The notes under the pieces are model-generated. The model was not told the DNA's origin, ran no database searches, and was given only the letters and a program-made list of their open reading frames with translations. 64,000 bases of DNA from a virus, in IMG/VR virus record IMGVR_UViG_3300042465_006773; one strand, 5' to 3'. This document shows positions 33,603 to 43,467 of this stretch, in pieces (within the stretch, counting starts at the first letter, position 1; every line of letters begins with the position of its first letter). Made by a program: the position numbers and the translations under genes.

Positions 33603-35576
33603 TTAGAATTTTTTTCCAACTCCCGATATTAATCCCGGTGGTATAATTGCACCACCAGCAACAGGTGGACCGGGTAATGTACCACCTTGTAAAACAATTT
33701 TAACAAACGAATTTGAATCTTCTTCTTCTGTGTGACCATCAATAATTGATTTAACTAAATTACCAATGTCATTAGACTCACCAAACAATGGTCCTGTAGG
33801 TATTCCTGAAGACTCCAATCGATTCATCACATTCATAAACGCCCTATCTTGACTATAACCCGGTAATTTATCTGAAAAAAGTAATAACAAAGACGGAACT
33901 GAAATACTAAGTCTTTGTGAGAGTGCCCCTTCTATTGTTGTCAATATTGTTTGAAAAATTGCATAACAGTTATCAATTCCGTTTTCTAAAATCTTTTTTA
34001 GGAGAGCAATTAATGATGTTATTATTAAAAGATATCTCTTATATTTGTTTTTTAAAATTCTTTGTACTACTTCATTCACAAAAGCCAATAAATCAATTTT
34101 AACGAGTCTCCAAAATTCTCTAATGAACAACCAAAACAAATCAGATACAATCTTGGTAATTGCCTTTTTAAATTTTTTAATTAATTCTTTGGCGTTTAAA
34201 TAAACATTTACCGCCATTGTTTTAAAGATTTTATATAGAATAATTAATGGTAAAAATATCTTTGCGGATATTACTGACATTACCAATACTTTAGGTATGT
34301 AAAGTATAAAATTATTTAGTAATGCATCCAAAAGAATATTGATTGATAACGAACCACCAGATTGTTCAGACGCGTCCCTTGCAACGTTTTCTAAAGATTG
34401 ATTTACTGAGTCTTGTATATTTTTTTCTCTTGATAAAAAAATAAAGTCTTCAACATGCATATCACTTACTGGTATTTCATAGTCATCACAACTTTTAAAT
34501 TTTAAAACTCCTCTATTTCTAGCATCTTCACTATCTAAGTCTATACCTTCAACATTGTCAAAATCAAAATAGAATTCCAAATCTTCGTCATTTTCATTGA
34601 ACATATCGACGGGTGTTTGATTTTTTAAAAGGTCACGATTTGTCCCTCCACAAATTTTTAATAATCTATCAATTAATCTTGAGGAAAAGTTGATTGACTC
34701 TGTAAATTTTTTTGATTCACTACAACTAGCACCGCCATTAATGGTAAATAACATACATTGTTTTACGATATCATTAATATCGGAATATTCCAAAGAGTTA
34801 TAATAGTCTGTAATAAAATCTTGTACATTTACAACACCCGCGGTTCCTCTTGTAAACCCACTAAAAGTAAATTTTTGAGTACCAGCATTCCAAGATGCGG
34901 TAAATAGGTCATTTCCATTATTGGAGGTGTACGTATGGGTTCCACCATTAGCCATTAAATCATAAAGATTTCTATTAAGTTTTTCTTTGTTTTTATCCGG
35001 TGACTTTGATTCATAAACTAATTGACCACATGTTGAATCAGGGTCCAATGTGAAAATATTTAAAAAATCAAATTCATCGGGACTAAGTTGAATTGAATCA
35101 ACGTTAAATACTGATTTTGAACCACATATTCCGTCACCCATAAAAAGTGCCTCCGAAAGTCTATTAATAACAATTTCTTTGGCTTGACCTAATGTTACAT
35201 TTGCAGACGAAATTGCGTGTCTTTTAATTTTAGATTTGGAGGGATTTCTATCAATATTGACGTTTATTCCCCTTCTGTTTGGGTTACTAAAAGATATGTT
35301 ATTTAATTTATCGTTAACCGTTTTTTTGTTTGTTGTGATAAATTGTTCAACAACTTCTATCAGTTCACCAAAAATATCTTTTTTATTGTCTATTTTTCGT
35401 TTTTTCTTATCAAGAAGCGCACTTAATTGTTCTCCTAAAAATTGGTTAGGGTCAGGTATGTTTTTTTGAAAAGCATCCCCAACATTCTCAATTTTTTTTG
35501 TGGAATCGTCAATTATTTTTTTTACAGACTCAATCTTTGCCTGTAATTTTTTTTTTGTTTCTTTAGTTTTACTCAT
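33603..35576 (-). CDS. Large hypothetical protein with hydrophobic helical region (possible virion/baseplate component)
   Basis: 657-aa ORF in the same unit as the gp5-like gene. Confidence 0.6.
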   Translation of the reverse strand: MSKTKETKKKLQAKIESVKKIIDDSTKKIENVGDAFQKNIPDPNQFLGEQLSALLDKKKRKIDNKKDIFGELIEVVEQFITTNKKTVNDKLNNISFSNPNRRGINVNIDRNPSKSKIKRHAISSANVTLGQAKEIVINRLSEALFMGDGICGSKSVFNVDSIQLSPDEFDFLNIFTLDPDSTCGQLVYESKSPDKNKEKLNRNLYDLMANGGTHTYTSNNGNDLFTASWNAGTQKFTFSGFTRGTAGVVNVQDFITDYYNSLEYSDINDIVKQCMLFTINGGASCSESKKFTESINFSSRLIDRLLKICGGTNRDLLKNQTPVDMFNENDEDLEFYFDFDNVEGIDLDSEDARNRGVLKFKSCDDYEIPVSDMHVEDFIFLSREKNIQDSVNQSLENVARDASEQSGGSLSINILLDALLNNFILYIPKVLVMSVISAKIFLPLIILYKIFKTMAVNVYLNAKELIKKFKKAITKIVSDLFWLFIREFWRLVKIDLLAFVNEVVQRILKNKYKRYLLIITSLIALLKKILENGIDNCYAIFQTILTTIEGALSQRLSISVPSLLLLFSDKLPGYSQDRAFMNVMNRLESSGIPTGPLFGESNDIGNLVKSIIDGHTEEEDSNSFVKIVLQGGTLPGPPVAGGAIIPPGLISGVGKKF

Positions 35577-35953
35577 TAGACTTTATAGGTGGAATCCTTA
35601 GTCTCTGAATCATCGTCATTTATTAATTTTTCTAAGATTACTCTATCTTCTTCTGTTAATTGAAGTTTACCACCAGAATTAATGGCATTAGGTCCATAAC
35701 TTTGTTTTAACAGTGCGCTTTGTAATTTTACCAACGATATTTTTTTTTCGGTACAGTCATTTAGAATCTTTTGTTGTTCTTTAATTACCGGACCAATAAC
35801 ACTCATGTCCTCCGAATCTTTCATAAAAGTTAACATCTTTTTTGTAATCATGGATGCGGTGGTTTTTTGTTCCATAATATCGTTATAAATTTCTTGCATT
35901 AATACAAGTGCGGAATCAGTATCTAAGGATATTAGATTTTTATTACGTCTCAT
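35576..35953 (-). CDS. Hypothetical helical protein
   Basis: 125-aa ORF with TATTTAT upstream (35959-35965). Confidence 0.7.
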   Translation of the reverse strand: MRRNKNLISLDTDSALVLMQEIYNDIMEQKTTASMITKKMLTFMKDSEDMSVIGPVIKEQQKILNDCTEKKISLVKLQSALLKQSYGPNAINSGGKLQLTEEDRVILEKLINDDDSETKDSTYKV

Positions 35954-35974
35954 AATATATAAATAGTAAAAAAA

Positions 35975-36673
35975 TTAATTTATAAAAGTAAACACGATAT
36001 CAACATACATTTTTTTGTATTTTTTCAAAGATGTTCTTATTTCTTTTGTTGATAATGAGGTCATTTCTCTTAATGATAACAGAATCAAATTTTTATTAAA
36101 TTTATTACCATTTCCAATTTGAAAAATTTTATCAAAATTACTAAAAATTTCAATCAATGCATATCCTAATTTTTGTTCATTTTCGGTCATTTCTTCATTT
36201 TCAATAAAGGTTTCTAAATCATTTACGAATTTGATAATGACATCTCTATAATCAATTTCTATTTCATCCATAACATATGAATGTTCAGGACTTTCTTCTA
36301 ATTCCGCTGACACATCTTCATATGAGATTGTTCTATTTGTTTCTTTTGTGTCTTTTTGTATACTACCCATTAAGTAGTTTTTACAAATAGTACCAAAGTA
36401 AGAATATGCCTTGTGATTTTTGGTGTGGTCGAATTTATTTATTTTTGTAATAAGAAAAGACATGGTATCTGAATGTATATCTTCAAATTCCAAATCTTTT
36501 CTATATAACTTATAACGTCGAATAATTGATTCGACCATTATTGTGAGAGGCTCTTTTAAATATTCATTGAATATCTTATTCTTTTCATTGTCGGAATCAG
36601 ATTGTAAATATCTTACTACCGCTTGTTCTTGTTCCTCCCCAAAATATATTTTTTGGGTTCTTTTACGGGGCAT
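35975..36673 (-). CDS. Late-transcription sigma factor (T4 gp55-like)
   Basis: Sigma region 2-like stretch KINKFDHTKNHKAYSYFGTICKNYL, comparable to the gp55 'FD...AY.T....N' pattern. Confidence 0.7.
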   Translation of the reverse strand: MPRKRTQKIYFGEEQEQAVVRYLQSDSDNEKNKIFNEYLKEPLTIMVESIIRRYKLYRKDLEFEDIHSDTMSFLITKINKFDHTKNHKAYSYFGTICKNYLMGSIQKDTKETNRTISYEDVSAELEESPEHSYVMDEIEIDYRDVIIKFVNDLETFIENEEMTENEQKLGYALIEIFSNFDKIFQIGNGNKFNKNLILLSLREMTSLSTKEIRTSLKKYKKMYVDIVFTFIN

Positions 36674-36674
36674 T

Positions 36675-37454
36675 TTAATTTTCTACATAATTTATATCTC
36701 TTACGTTTTTAAAGAAAAATTCTTTTTTTGCGGTATCCAACCAAAATTTAACTTCGTTTGAATCTAATTTATCTTTATCTGAGTTTTTATAACTCCAAAA
36801 TAAAGAATCTTCTCTAAAATTAACGTGTTGATAACCCACCCTTGGTATTGTCATAATTTTTAAATTATTAAATGTTAATCTTAATAAAAATTCATAACCA
36901 AAAGTCAGTTTAATGTTTTCTTTCAATTTACCATATTCTTCTATTTTTGATGTTCTATATATACCACCTGATATTTGAAAATTTTGATATTCTAAAAGTG
37001 CCGCATTATCTAATAAACCTTGTTTATCGGTAAAACCGTAAGCCCAAGTCGATTCATTAGTGTAACTTAAAAAGTTACCTTCAACATTTATATCTTTTAC
37101 CAAAGATAGAAAAACATCTACATCTGGATTCTCATTTGAATATTCATTAAATAGGTTTACCCAATTTTTATTATACTCATCGTCAATCTCTAAAATAGAA
37201 AACCATTCGGTTTCACAATTATCAATTCCTAAGTTTATTTGACTACAGAAATCAGTTTTTCCTTTATTTTCTATAATTACACATTCCAAATTTGTTTGTT
37301 CTATTTTTATGTTTGATAATACGTTTTTTGGTGCAACTATTAATAATTTAACATCGTTATAAAATCTTTCAACGGACTTAAATGCATTGTCAAACATTAT
37401 TTTATAATCATCGTTCCATTTGTGAACTGGTAATATTACGGATATTTTTTTCAT
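36675..37454 (-). CDS. Glycosyltransferase family 2-like
   Basis: ISVILPV, INLGI, WFSILEIDD, GIYR, YEFLLRL. Confidence 0.85.
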   Translation of the reverse strand: MKKISVILPVHKWNDDYKIMFDNAFKSVERFYNDVKLLIVAPKNVLSNIKIEQTNLECVIIENKGKTDFCSQINLGIDNCETEWFSILEIDDEYNKNWVNLFNEYSNENPDVDVFLSLVKDINVEGNFLSYTNESTWAYGFTDKQGLLDNAALLEYQNFQISGGIYRTSKIEEYGKLKENIKLTFGYEFLLRLTFNNLKIMTIPRVGYQHVNFREDSLFWSYKNSDKDKLDSNEVKFWLDTAKKEFFFKNVRDINYVEN

Positions 37455-37468
37455 TATACTTATTTTGT

Positions 37469-38554
37469 TTATTTATCCGAATCTAATATTGAATCAAATT
37501 CTTCTTTTAATTTATCAATTGCGTTATTAATATTATCAATTCTTTTATTAATAAAAGAATTAAAAATATTTACAATGTTATTTTCTGTAATATCGGTTGA
37601 ATATGGTAATAAAGTATCTTTCATTTTTTGTTTTACATCATCATTAATCTCAATACCTTCTAGCCATGCTGTTACATATGTACCTAAAATTTCAACAATT
37701 TTAGATTCATCGTATGTCCACATGCCATTTTCTGATAACCAATCAGGTTCATTTTTTGGAATTTTTCCAACAATTGGTACTTCACATTTCATAGATTCTA
37801 AAGGAAATGTTCCAAAGGTTGAATCATCATCAACCCATACAGACACCATACATTCTTTTAATCCGTTCGCAAAATCAACATACGACATATTAACCATGTC
37901 TCTAAATGTAATCCATCTTAAATGTGGGTATTTTATGTAAAATTCAGATATGATTTTTTTATTAATTGACCTATCTTTACACAAAATAGCTATTACGGGT
38001 TTTAATGTAGTTTCATTTTTAGAAAATTCATCTCCAATAATTGGTGGAATAATATGTACTAAACATTCATTAAATAAATTATTTATATATTTTTTTGAAA
38101 ACTCGGTTGTGGTTATTACTCTATCAAATCCATAATCTGACCACCTACTGCCAATTGGTAATGTTTCAAAAATATATTCTTTTTGTTGAATCAACATGAT
38201 TTTAACACAACGTATGTTAGATAAAGATTCTAAAACATTTGAATAATACTCAGGAACAACAATTATATCTTCAATTTTTATTTCTACTCTATCGTCTTTA
38301 ATTGTTACAATTTCCAAATCTGAGTACTTATCTCCCAACCACTGAGAGATACCGGTGTAAGTTTTATCTTCTACTAAAATTTTAGCATTAAAATTTTCAT
38401 TTTTTAGTGTTAATGCTAAATCGTATATGTATTTAACAGATGCTCTTGGGTTATTTTTAGTATCATAAACTAAAAAATATATAACATTTGTTTTGTTGTG
38501 TAAATTTTCTAACGAATTAGATAGTTTTTCAATATTTTCATTATTTTTATTCAT
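37469..38554 (-). CDS. GT-B (family 4-like) glycosyltransferase
   Basis: DIIVVPE and FGTFPLESMKCEVPIVG. Confidence 0.75.
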   Translation of the reverse strand: MNKNNENIEKLSNSLENLHNKTNVIYFLVYDTKNNPRASVKYIYDLALTLKNENFNAKILVEDKTYTGISQWLGDKYSDLEIVTIKDDRVEIKIEDIIVVPEYYSNVLESLSNIRCVKIMLIQQKEYIFETLPIGSRWSDYGFDRVITTTEFSKKYINNLFNECLVHIIPPIIGDEFSKNETTLKPVIAILCKDRSINKKIISEFYIKYPHLRWITFRDMVNMSYVDFANGLKECMVSVWVDDDSTFGTFPLESMKCEVPIVGKIPKNEPDWLSENGMWTYDESKIVEILGTYVTAWLEGIEINDDVKQKMKDTLLPYSTDITENNIVNIFNSFINKRIDNINNAIDKLKEEFDSILDSDK

Positions 38555-38828
38555 CTTCAGGGATTAATATATCATATTTTATTAGGGTATTAAAAGCAAT
38601 TTTAAATGAAATGGTTAAACCATTTTCTGCAAACGGACCTAATTCGTTGTCAACTTCTGCAAATTCACTTAAAATTCTTTCAACACAAGATTTTATTATT
38701 TCATATTTAAATAAGTTTATTTCAAAAGTTGTTGTGCCGTCTTCATTTTTGACTTCATTGCCTGTTTGACACGTTTGAGTAATCCCATCAACATTGATAA
38801 AATAGTTTTTTCCGAGAATTTCAACCAT
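38547..38828 (-). CDS. Hypothetical protein
   Basis: 93-aa ORF coupled to the downstream glycosyltransferase. Confidence 0.65.
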   Translation of the reverse strand: MVEILGKNYFINVDGITQTCQTGNEVKNEDGTTTFEINLFKYEIIKSCVERILSEFAEVDNELGPFAENGLTISFKIAFNTLIKYDILIPEDE

Positions 38829-39403
38829 AATTTGTTTATTTCTGATAATTTACTAATTTCTAAATCAATTTTGTAGTGATTATTGTAATATGTATTAAAT
38901 TTAATAACTTTTTTGTTTTTTGGACACTTTTCAATAACTTCAAAATCTTCAGTTATCCATACATCGCATTTTTTCCATAAATTATCTATTTCTGAATTAT
39001 TTGAAAAAATGACTTGGTCCATCATTATTCCATTCTTTGAAATAAAAAAAAGAGAAGCAGATTTTGCTTTCCCTTTTTCATTTAACCCAATTAAAGTAAA
39101 ACGAGAATTGGGATGTTCAATAATTAATTTGTTTAAATCTGTTGCCGTTTGACTATAACTTAAACCGGCGTGTCCAAAAATTTCAATAGGAAAATCAAAA
39201 TAAAGAAACTTGATAAATTCATCTACTGACTGAAAAGAATATGAATCCATTATTTTTTGAAAAGATAATGGTTTTGTTTTTACCTTATATTCAAAGGTTT
39301 CTTTTTCCTCCGATTCGGTATTTAAAAAATAATCCTTATAGTGATAGTCGAATTTTTGAACAGTATTTCTTAGAACACCATCAATACTTACAAATATTTC
39401 CAT
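38717..39403 (-). CDS. HAD-fold 5'-nucleotidase-like protein with degenerate motif I
   Basis: IFVSIDGVL (DxD becomes SxD), CDVWITED, IKFNTYYN. Confidence 0.7.
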   Translation of the reverse strand: MEIFVSIDGVLRNTVQKFDYHYKDYFLNTESEEKETFEYKVKTKPLSFQKIMDSYSFQSVDEFIKFLYFDFPIEIFGHAGLSYSQTATDLNKLIIEHPNSRFTLIGLNEKGKAKSASLFFISKNGIMMDQVIFSNNSEIDNLWKKCDVWITEDFEVIEKCPKNKKVIKFNTYYNNHYKIDLEISKLSEINKLWLKFSEKTILSMLMGLLKRVKQAMKSKMKTAQQLLK

Positions 39404-39440
39404 ACAAAGAATATAACAATAAAATCATTGCATGTAAAGT

Positions 39441-40157
39441 TTAATCGTATCTTCTTAGTATTTCTGTTATTATAGGATTTCTGACGATATCTCTATCATC
39501 AAATTCAAATATACCAACATTTGGTAAATCACCTAATCTTACCTTAGCATCGTATAATCCTGTTTTTGTTTTATCTTTGAATTTATCAGATTGTTCTAAA
39601 TCACCAGAAATAAAAAATTTAGAATTAAAGCCGATTCTTGTTAATAACAGTTTCATTTGAGATGGTGTTGTGTTTTGTGCCTCTTCAAATACTAAAATGG
39701 TATTATCCACATTCCATCCTCTCATGTATGCCAATGCCGCAATTTCAATAAAACCCTCATCTTTAAGTTTTTCTCTCGCGTCTTTACCTATTATTTTATT
39801 TAACAAGTAATAAGATGGGTAGATGTATGGGTCTAATTTTTCTTCTAAACCACCAGGTAATGAACCTAATTTTTCTTCCGCTTCAACAGCGGGTCTAACA
39901 ATGATTATTTTCTCATATTTATTTTTATCGTCCCATAATAAATCAATTGCTCTTTTCATAGCAATATAAGATTTACCAACACCCGCTGGTCCAAAACACA
40001 AAGTTATTTCATTATCAGTTAAAGTTTTCCAATATTCTTCTTGATTCTTTGTTAAGAATTTTTCTTTTGGTTGTTTAATAATATCTCTAATTCTTTGTTT
40101 TTTAGGTGTTTGTCTTTCTTCTGTATTTACTGATAATTTTAATATTGACTTTCTCAA
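39441..40157 (-). CDS. phoH: PhoH-family ATPase
   Basis: GPAGVGKS, RPAVEAEEKLGSLPG, YMRG, EEAQN, LLTRIG, GDLEQSD, DIVRN. Confidence 0.95.
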   Translation of the reverse strand: MRKSILKLSVNTEERQTPKKQRIRDIIKQPKEKFLTKNQEEYWKTLTDNEITLCFGPAGVGKSYIAMKRAIDLLWDDKNKYEKIIIVRPAVEAEEKLGSLPGGLEEKLDPYIYPSYYLLNKIIGKDAREKLKDEGFIEIAALAYMRGWNVDNTILVFEEAQNTTPSQMKLLLTRIGFNSKFFISGDLEQSDKFKDKTKTGLYDAKVRLGDLPNVGIFEFDDRDIVRNPIITEILRRYD

Positions 40158-40184
40158 TTTATTAATATTTTATATTTTAATTAT

Positions 40185-40790
40185 TTATTTTCCTGTACTA
40201 CCAAACCCACCTTCACCTCGTTCTGAATCCGATAATTCATCAGACTCAATAAATGTGACAGAAGGATACGGCATGATTATTATTTGTGCTATTCTATCTC
40301 CTACTTTGTAATCTATTTCATCCAATCTAATATCATTTTTACCAAAAATTTTTTTAAAAGTTGCTTGAATTTCACCTCTATATCCGCTATCAATTACTCC
40401 CACGCAATTGGTTAATGACAAATCAGTTTTTCTTATTGATGACCTTGGAAACACTAATCCTACATAACCTTTTGGTATTTCCATAGCAATACCTGTTCCG
40501 TATGTAATATCAAATGTGGTATTTGATATTATCTTAGTTGCAACTAAATCCATACCAGCATCGCCGTCTTTTGCGTATTTGGGAATCACTGCATCTGGGT
40601 GTAGTTTTTTTACTTTTACTTCAAATTTATTTACGTCTTGTTCTATTTGTGATTTTATCTCTTGACCAAGATTAGATAAAAGACCGTTTAAGTCATCCAT
40701 AAAACTTGAATCAGTACTTTCTTCTTGCAAAATTTGATTTTCTAACTCTTGCAATTTTTTAATATAATCTTCAATTTGATTTTTTTGCAT
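40185..40790 (-). CDS. dut: Trimeric dUTPase with N-terminal helical extension
   Basis: AGMDL, PRSS, GVIDSGYRGE, RIAQ, RGEGGFGSTG. Confidence 0.95.
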   Translation of the reverse strand: MQKNQIEDYIKKLQELENQILQEESTDSSFMDDLNGLLSNLGQEIKSQIEQDVNKFEVKVKKLHPDAVIPKYAKDGDAGMDLVATKIISNTTFDITYGTGIAMEIPKGYVGLVFPRSSIRKTDLSLTNCVGVIDSGYRGEIQATFKKIFGKNDIRLDEIDYKVGDRIAQIIIMPYPSVTFIESDELSDSERGEGGFGSTGK

Positions 40791-41343
40791 TTTTTTCTTC
40801 TAAAATTGCTAATTCAAAACCGATTCTAACCACATTAGATAAGTTAGATGCTCGATATTTTACTAATTTATCTTCAGTATCTCTATCTGAATTTAAAATC
40901 GTTTGAAATTCTTCTTCAGATAATTGGATACCAAATCTTAATACATAGTGAATCGACCTTTCATTTGATTTCATTGAAACTTCACTATCGGTAAATTCAT
41001 ACATTTTACCTAAATTCTTTCTATGCCATTCACTTGGGTTTGGTTTGAATAAGAAACTTTTTCCTATTTGAGACAGAAAAACACACTTCAATATTGAAGA
41101 TGGAGTTTGTTTCATATTATCGGGTAAAATATCGTTTGTTTTGACCGCATATTTTGCTGCTTTAAAACACACATTTAATAATCCCCCAGGATAACAACCA
41201 AACATGTCCAAAGACATTGACGATGGTGCTAAAAAAAATTCCTCACCTAAAAAATCTAATAATTCTTGATTAAAAAGATTGTACTTGGCGTTTGTTTCTA
41301 AGAATTTAGCCTTATTTAATTCGATTTGTTCTTTGTTCAGCAT
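40771..41343 (-). CDS. HD-domain-like protein with degenerate metal ligands
   Basis: FFLAPSS...YPGGLL and FLSQIGK where HD hydrolases have LHDIGK. Confidence 0.6.
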   Translation of the reverse strand: MLNKEQIELNKAKFLETNAKYNLFNQELLDFLGEEFFLAPSSMSLDMFGCYPGGLLNVCFKAAKYAVKTNDILPDNMKQTPSSILKCVFLSQIGKSFLFKPNPSEWHRKNLGKMYEFTDSEVSMKSNERSIHYVLRFGIQLSEEEFQTILNSDRDTEDKLVKYRASNLSNVVRIGFELAILEEKNAKKSN

Positions 41344-41347
41344 TTTT

Positions 41348-41581
41348 TTATTTTTTGTAATATTCAGGTGTGTTTTTTTGGTCGATAATACATTCAATTG
41401 GCATTTTTACAATTGCTAAACTTTCTGAAGCTCTCATGTCTCCAGACCTGTATTTAGAAACAACAAGGGTCGCTTCTTCAACAGAATCTGCTTCAACGAT
41501 GTACTTTAGTTTTTGTAATCTTGGATTACCATTTCTGTCTAAATTTTCGGTTTCATAACCGACGGTTACTAAGTAGTGCAT
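41348..41581 (-). CDS. DUF4494-like small protein
   Basis: YLVTVGYE...KYIVEADSVEEA pattern; probable ATG at 41581. Confidence 0.55.
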   Translation of the reverse strand: MHYLVTVGYETENLDRNGNPRLQKLKYIVEADSVEEATLVVSKYRSGDMRASESLAIVKMPIECIIDQKNTPEYYKK

Positions 41582-41597
41582 TTTTTTGTTTTTAAGT

Positions 41598-42818
41598 TTA
41601 AATGATTGTTTTGAAAAATTCTGTTCTGTCCTTACAAACTTTTTGTAAGGAATATTTGTCTTTAACCGTTTCGTATAATTTATTACCCAAATCTTCAATC
41701 ATGTTAGGGTTTTCGATTAAAAGTTTCATATACTTGGCCCAAAGTTTATGACCCTTTTTTTGTGGAACAGTTAGTGCGTTTCCATCGTTAATAAAACTTC
41801 CGTCTTGATATGCATTTTTTAAGTCAAAAGTATATGGTTCAGTTTCACTAGCGATAATTGGTTTTTTATGAAAACCAGACTCAATTATTTTTAACTGAGA
41901 TTTATTGGCATTAAAATCCGATTCAACCACCGGTGCCAAAGAGACATCAAATAAGTTATAATTGTTACCGTAAATGTTGATTGGTTGGGTCCAAACTCTT
42001 TTATATTTTTTATTAGATGTATCTATTTCTGGTGTTTGAGTAAAATTCATCAGATATGATTTATATTCGCTGTCTACACTTCTGTAATTATTTGTGAATA
42101 TTTTTTCATATTTAAACCACACAGTTTCTTCGGGTTTAATTGGTCTTGTTCTTTTTTCTCCCGTTTTTGGGTTAAATTCTGTGACATTTCCTCTTAAATC
42201 AAATCCACATAAAACAAATTGCACATTTTCATAATTGGTTGAAATCACAGATATCCCATCATTTAAAAGTTCAATATCATGTAAGTGACTTGACCCACCT
42301 AACCAACCAAATCGGATTTTTTCTGATTTTGTTGGTTTTGGTTGAAATTGAGATTCGTTAGAATCAATTGCATTTGGAAAAACATATACATTTTTGTTAC
42401 CTGTTCTATTTTTTATGTTATTTGCAAAGAATTCTGTTGTACATGTGATATAATCAGAAATCTTCATTAACTCCATTTTCTTTTTCGGTAATTGACTTTC
42501 TCTGATGGCCAAATACATCGGATGTCTATGGTCAGGAGACCAATAGTCATCAATGTCCATTACTACTTTTATTCCTTGTGATTTTAAAAAGTTAATTCGT
42601 TGTATATTTTCTTCATGTGTATTTTGATGAATAAAACTATGAAAAACAACAATATCATAATTTTTAAAGAAATTATCACCTTCGGTGACATTAAAAGATA
42701 TGTCTATATGAAAATCATTAGAATAGTTATCTCCAATGTATTTAAATGGGTCCAGTACCCTATATTTACCAACACCATGTGTGTCGGGTGCAATTGCTAA
42801 TATTTTTATTTTTTTCAT
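41598..42818 (-). CDS. GT-B glycosyltransferase
   Basis: GVGKYRV, VMDIDDYW, FPNAID, FGWLGGSSH, DVSLAP, FNANKSQLKIIE, PIIAS. Confidence 0.85.
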   Translation of the reverse strand: MKKIKILAIAPDTHGVGKYRVLDPFKYIGDNYSNDFHIDISFNVTEGDNFFKNYDIVVFHSFIHQNTHEENIQRINFLKSQGIKVVMDIDDYWSPDHRHPMYLAIRESQLPKKKMELMKISDYITCTTEFFANNIKNRTGNKNVYVFPNAIDSNESQFQPKPTKSEKIRFGWLGGSSHLHDIELLNDGISVISTNYENVQFVLCGFDLRGNVTEFNPKTGEKRTRPIKPEETVWFKYEKIFTNNYRSVDSEYKSYLMNFTQTPEIDTSNKKYKRVWTQPINIYGNNYNLFDVSLAPVVESDFNANKSQLKIIESGFHKKPIIASETEPYTFDLKNAYQDGSFINDGNALTVPQKKGHKLWAKYMKLLIENPNMIEDLGNKLYETVKDKYSLQKVCKDRTEFFKTII

Positions 42819-42867
42819 TAATATTTCTCTATATGAGAAATATAAGAAAAAAAAATGAAAAAACAAA

Positions 42868-43449
42868 TTACTTTGACTTATTTACTCCTGTAATTTTTCC
42901 TTTAAAAATTGAATCACCAACTTTTAGTACTAAACTTTCATTAATTGATAAAGTTTGTTGTGCTGTAAGTATTTGGTTTAATTTTGAATCTAAAATTTCC
43001 GTTACAGTTTTTCTAACAACATTTTCAATAAGTGGACTTAATTGTTTAATTAACTCAGTATTATTTATCTGACTTGACTGTGTTTTTGTTGGTTTTGAAG
43101 AAACACCTTGTGATTCCATTAATTTTTTTGTTTTTTCAACAAAATTTAAATCTAAAGAATCGGATAAACTAATTTGTGGGATTGGGTTTTCAATCATCGC
43201 TTTTTTAATTGCATCTGGTAATTTTGATTCTTGTATTTTTTGGAGATTAGGGACAGATGGATTTTGTGACCAAGGTTGTTGTATTGTTTGAGACTTTAAT
43301 ACTTCTTCGGGGTCACTTCTTAAAATTTCTTCATTAACTGAACCTTTTTCAAATTGTCCTGTTTCTACTTTTTGCATTACTTTTTTGGCTTGTACCAACC
43401 TTTGCATTAAATCGTTTGTACTTATTACACCATTTCCTTTTTGTTCCAT
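42868..43449 (-). CDS. Hypothetical protein
   Basis: 193-aa ORF containing SKLPDAIKKAMIENPI. Confidence 0.7.
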   Translation of the reverse strand: MEQKGNGVISTNDLMQRLVQAKKVMQKVETGQFEKGSVNEEILRSDPEEVLKSQTIQQPWSQNPSVPNLQKIQESKLPDAIKKAMIENPIPQISLSDSLDLNFVEKTKKLMESQGVSSKPTKTQSSQINNTELIKQLSPLIENVVRKTVTEILDSKLNQILTAQQTLSINESLVLKVGDSIFKGKITGVNKSK

Positions 43450-43467
43450 AACTATAATATAATTATT

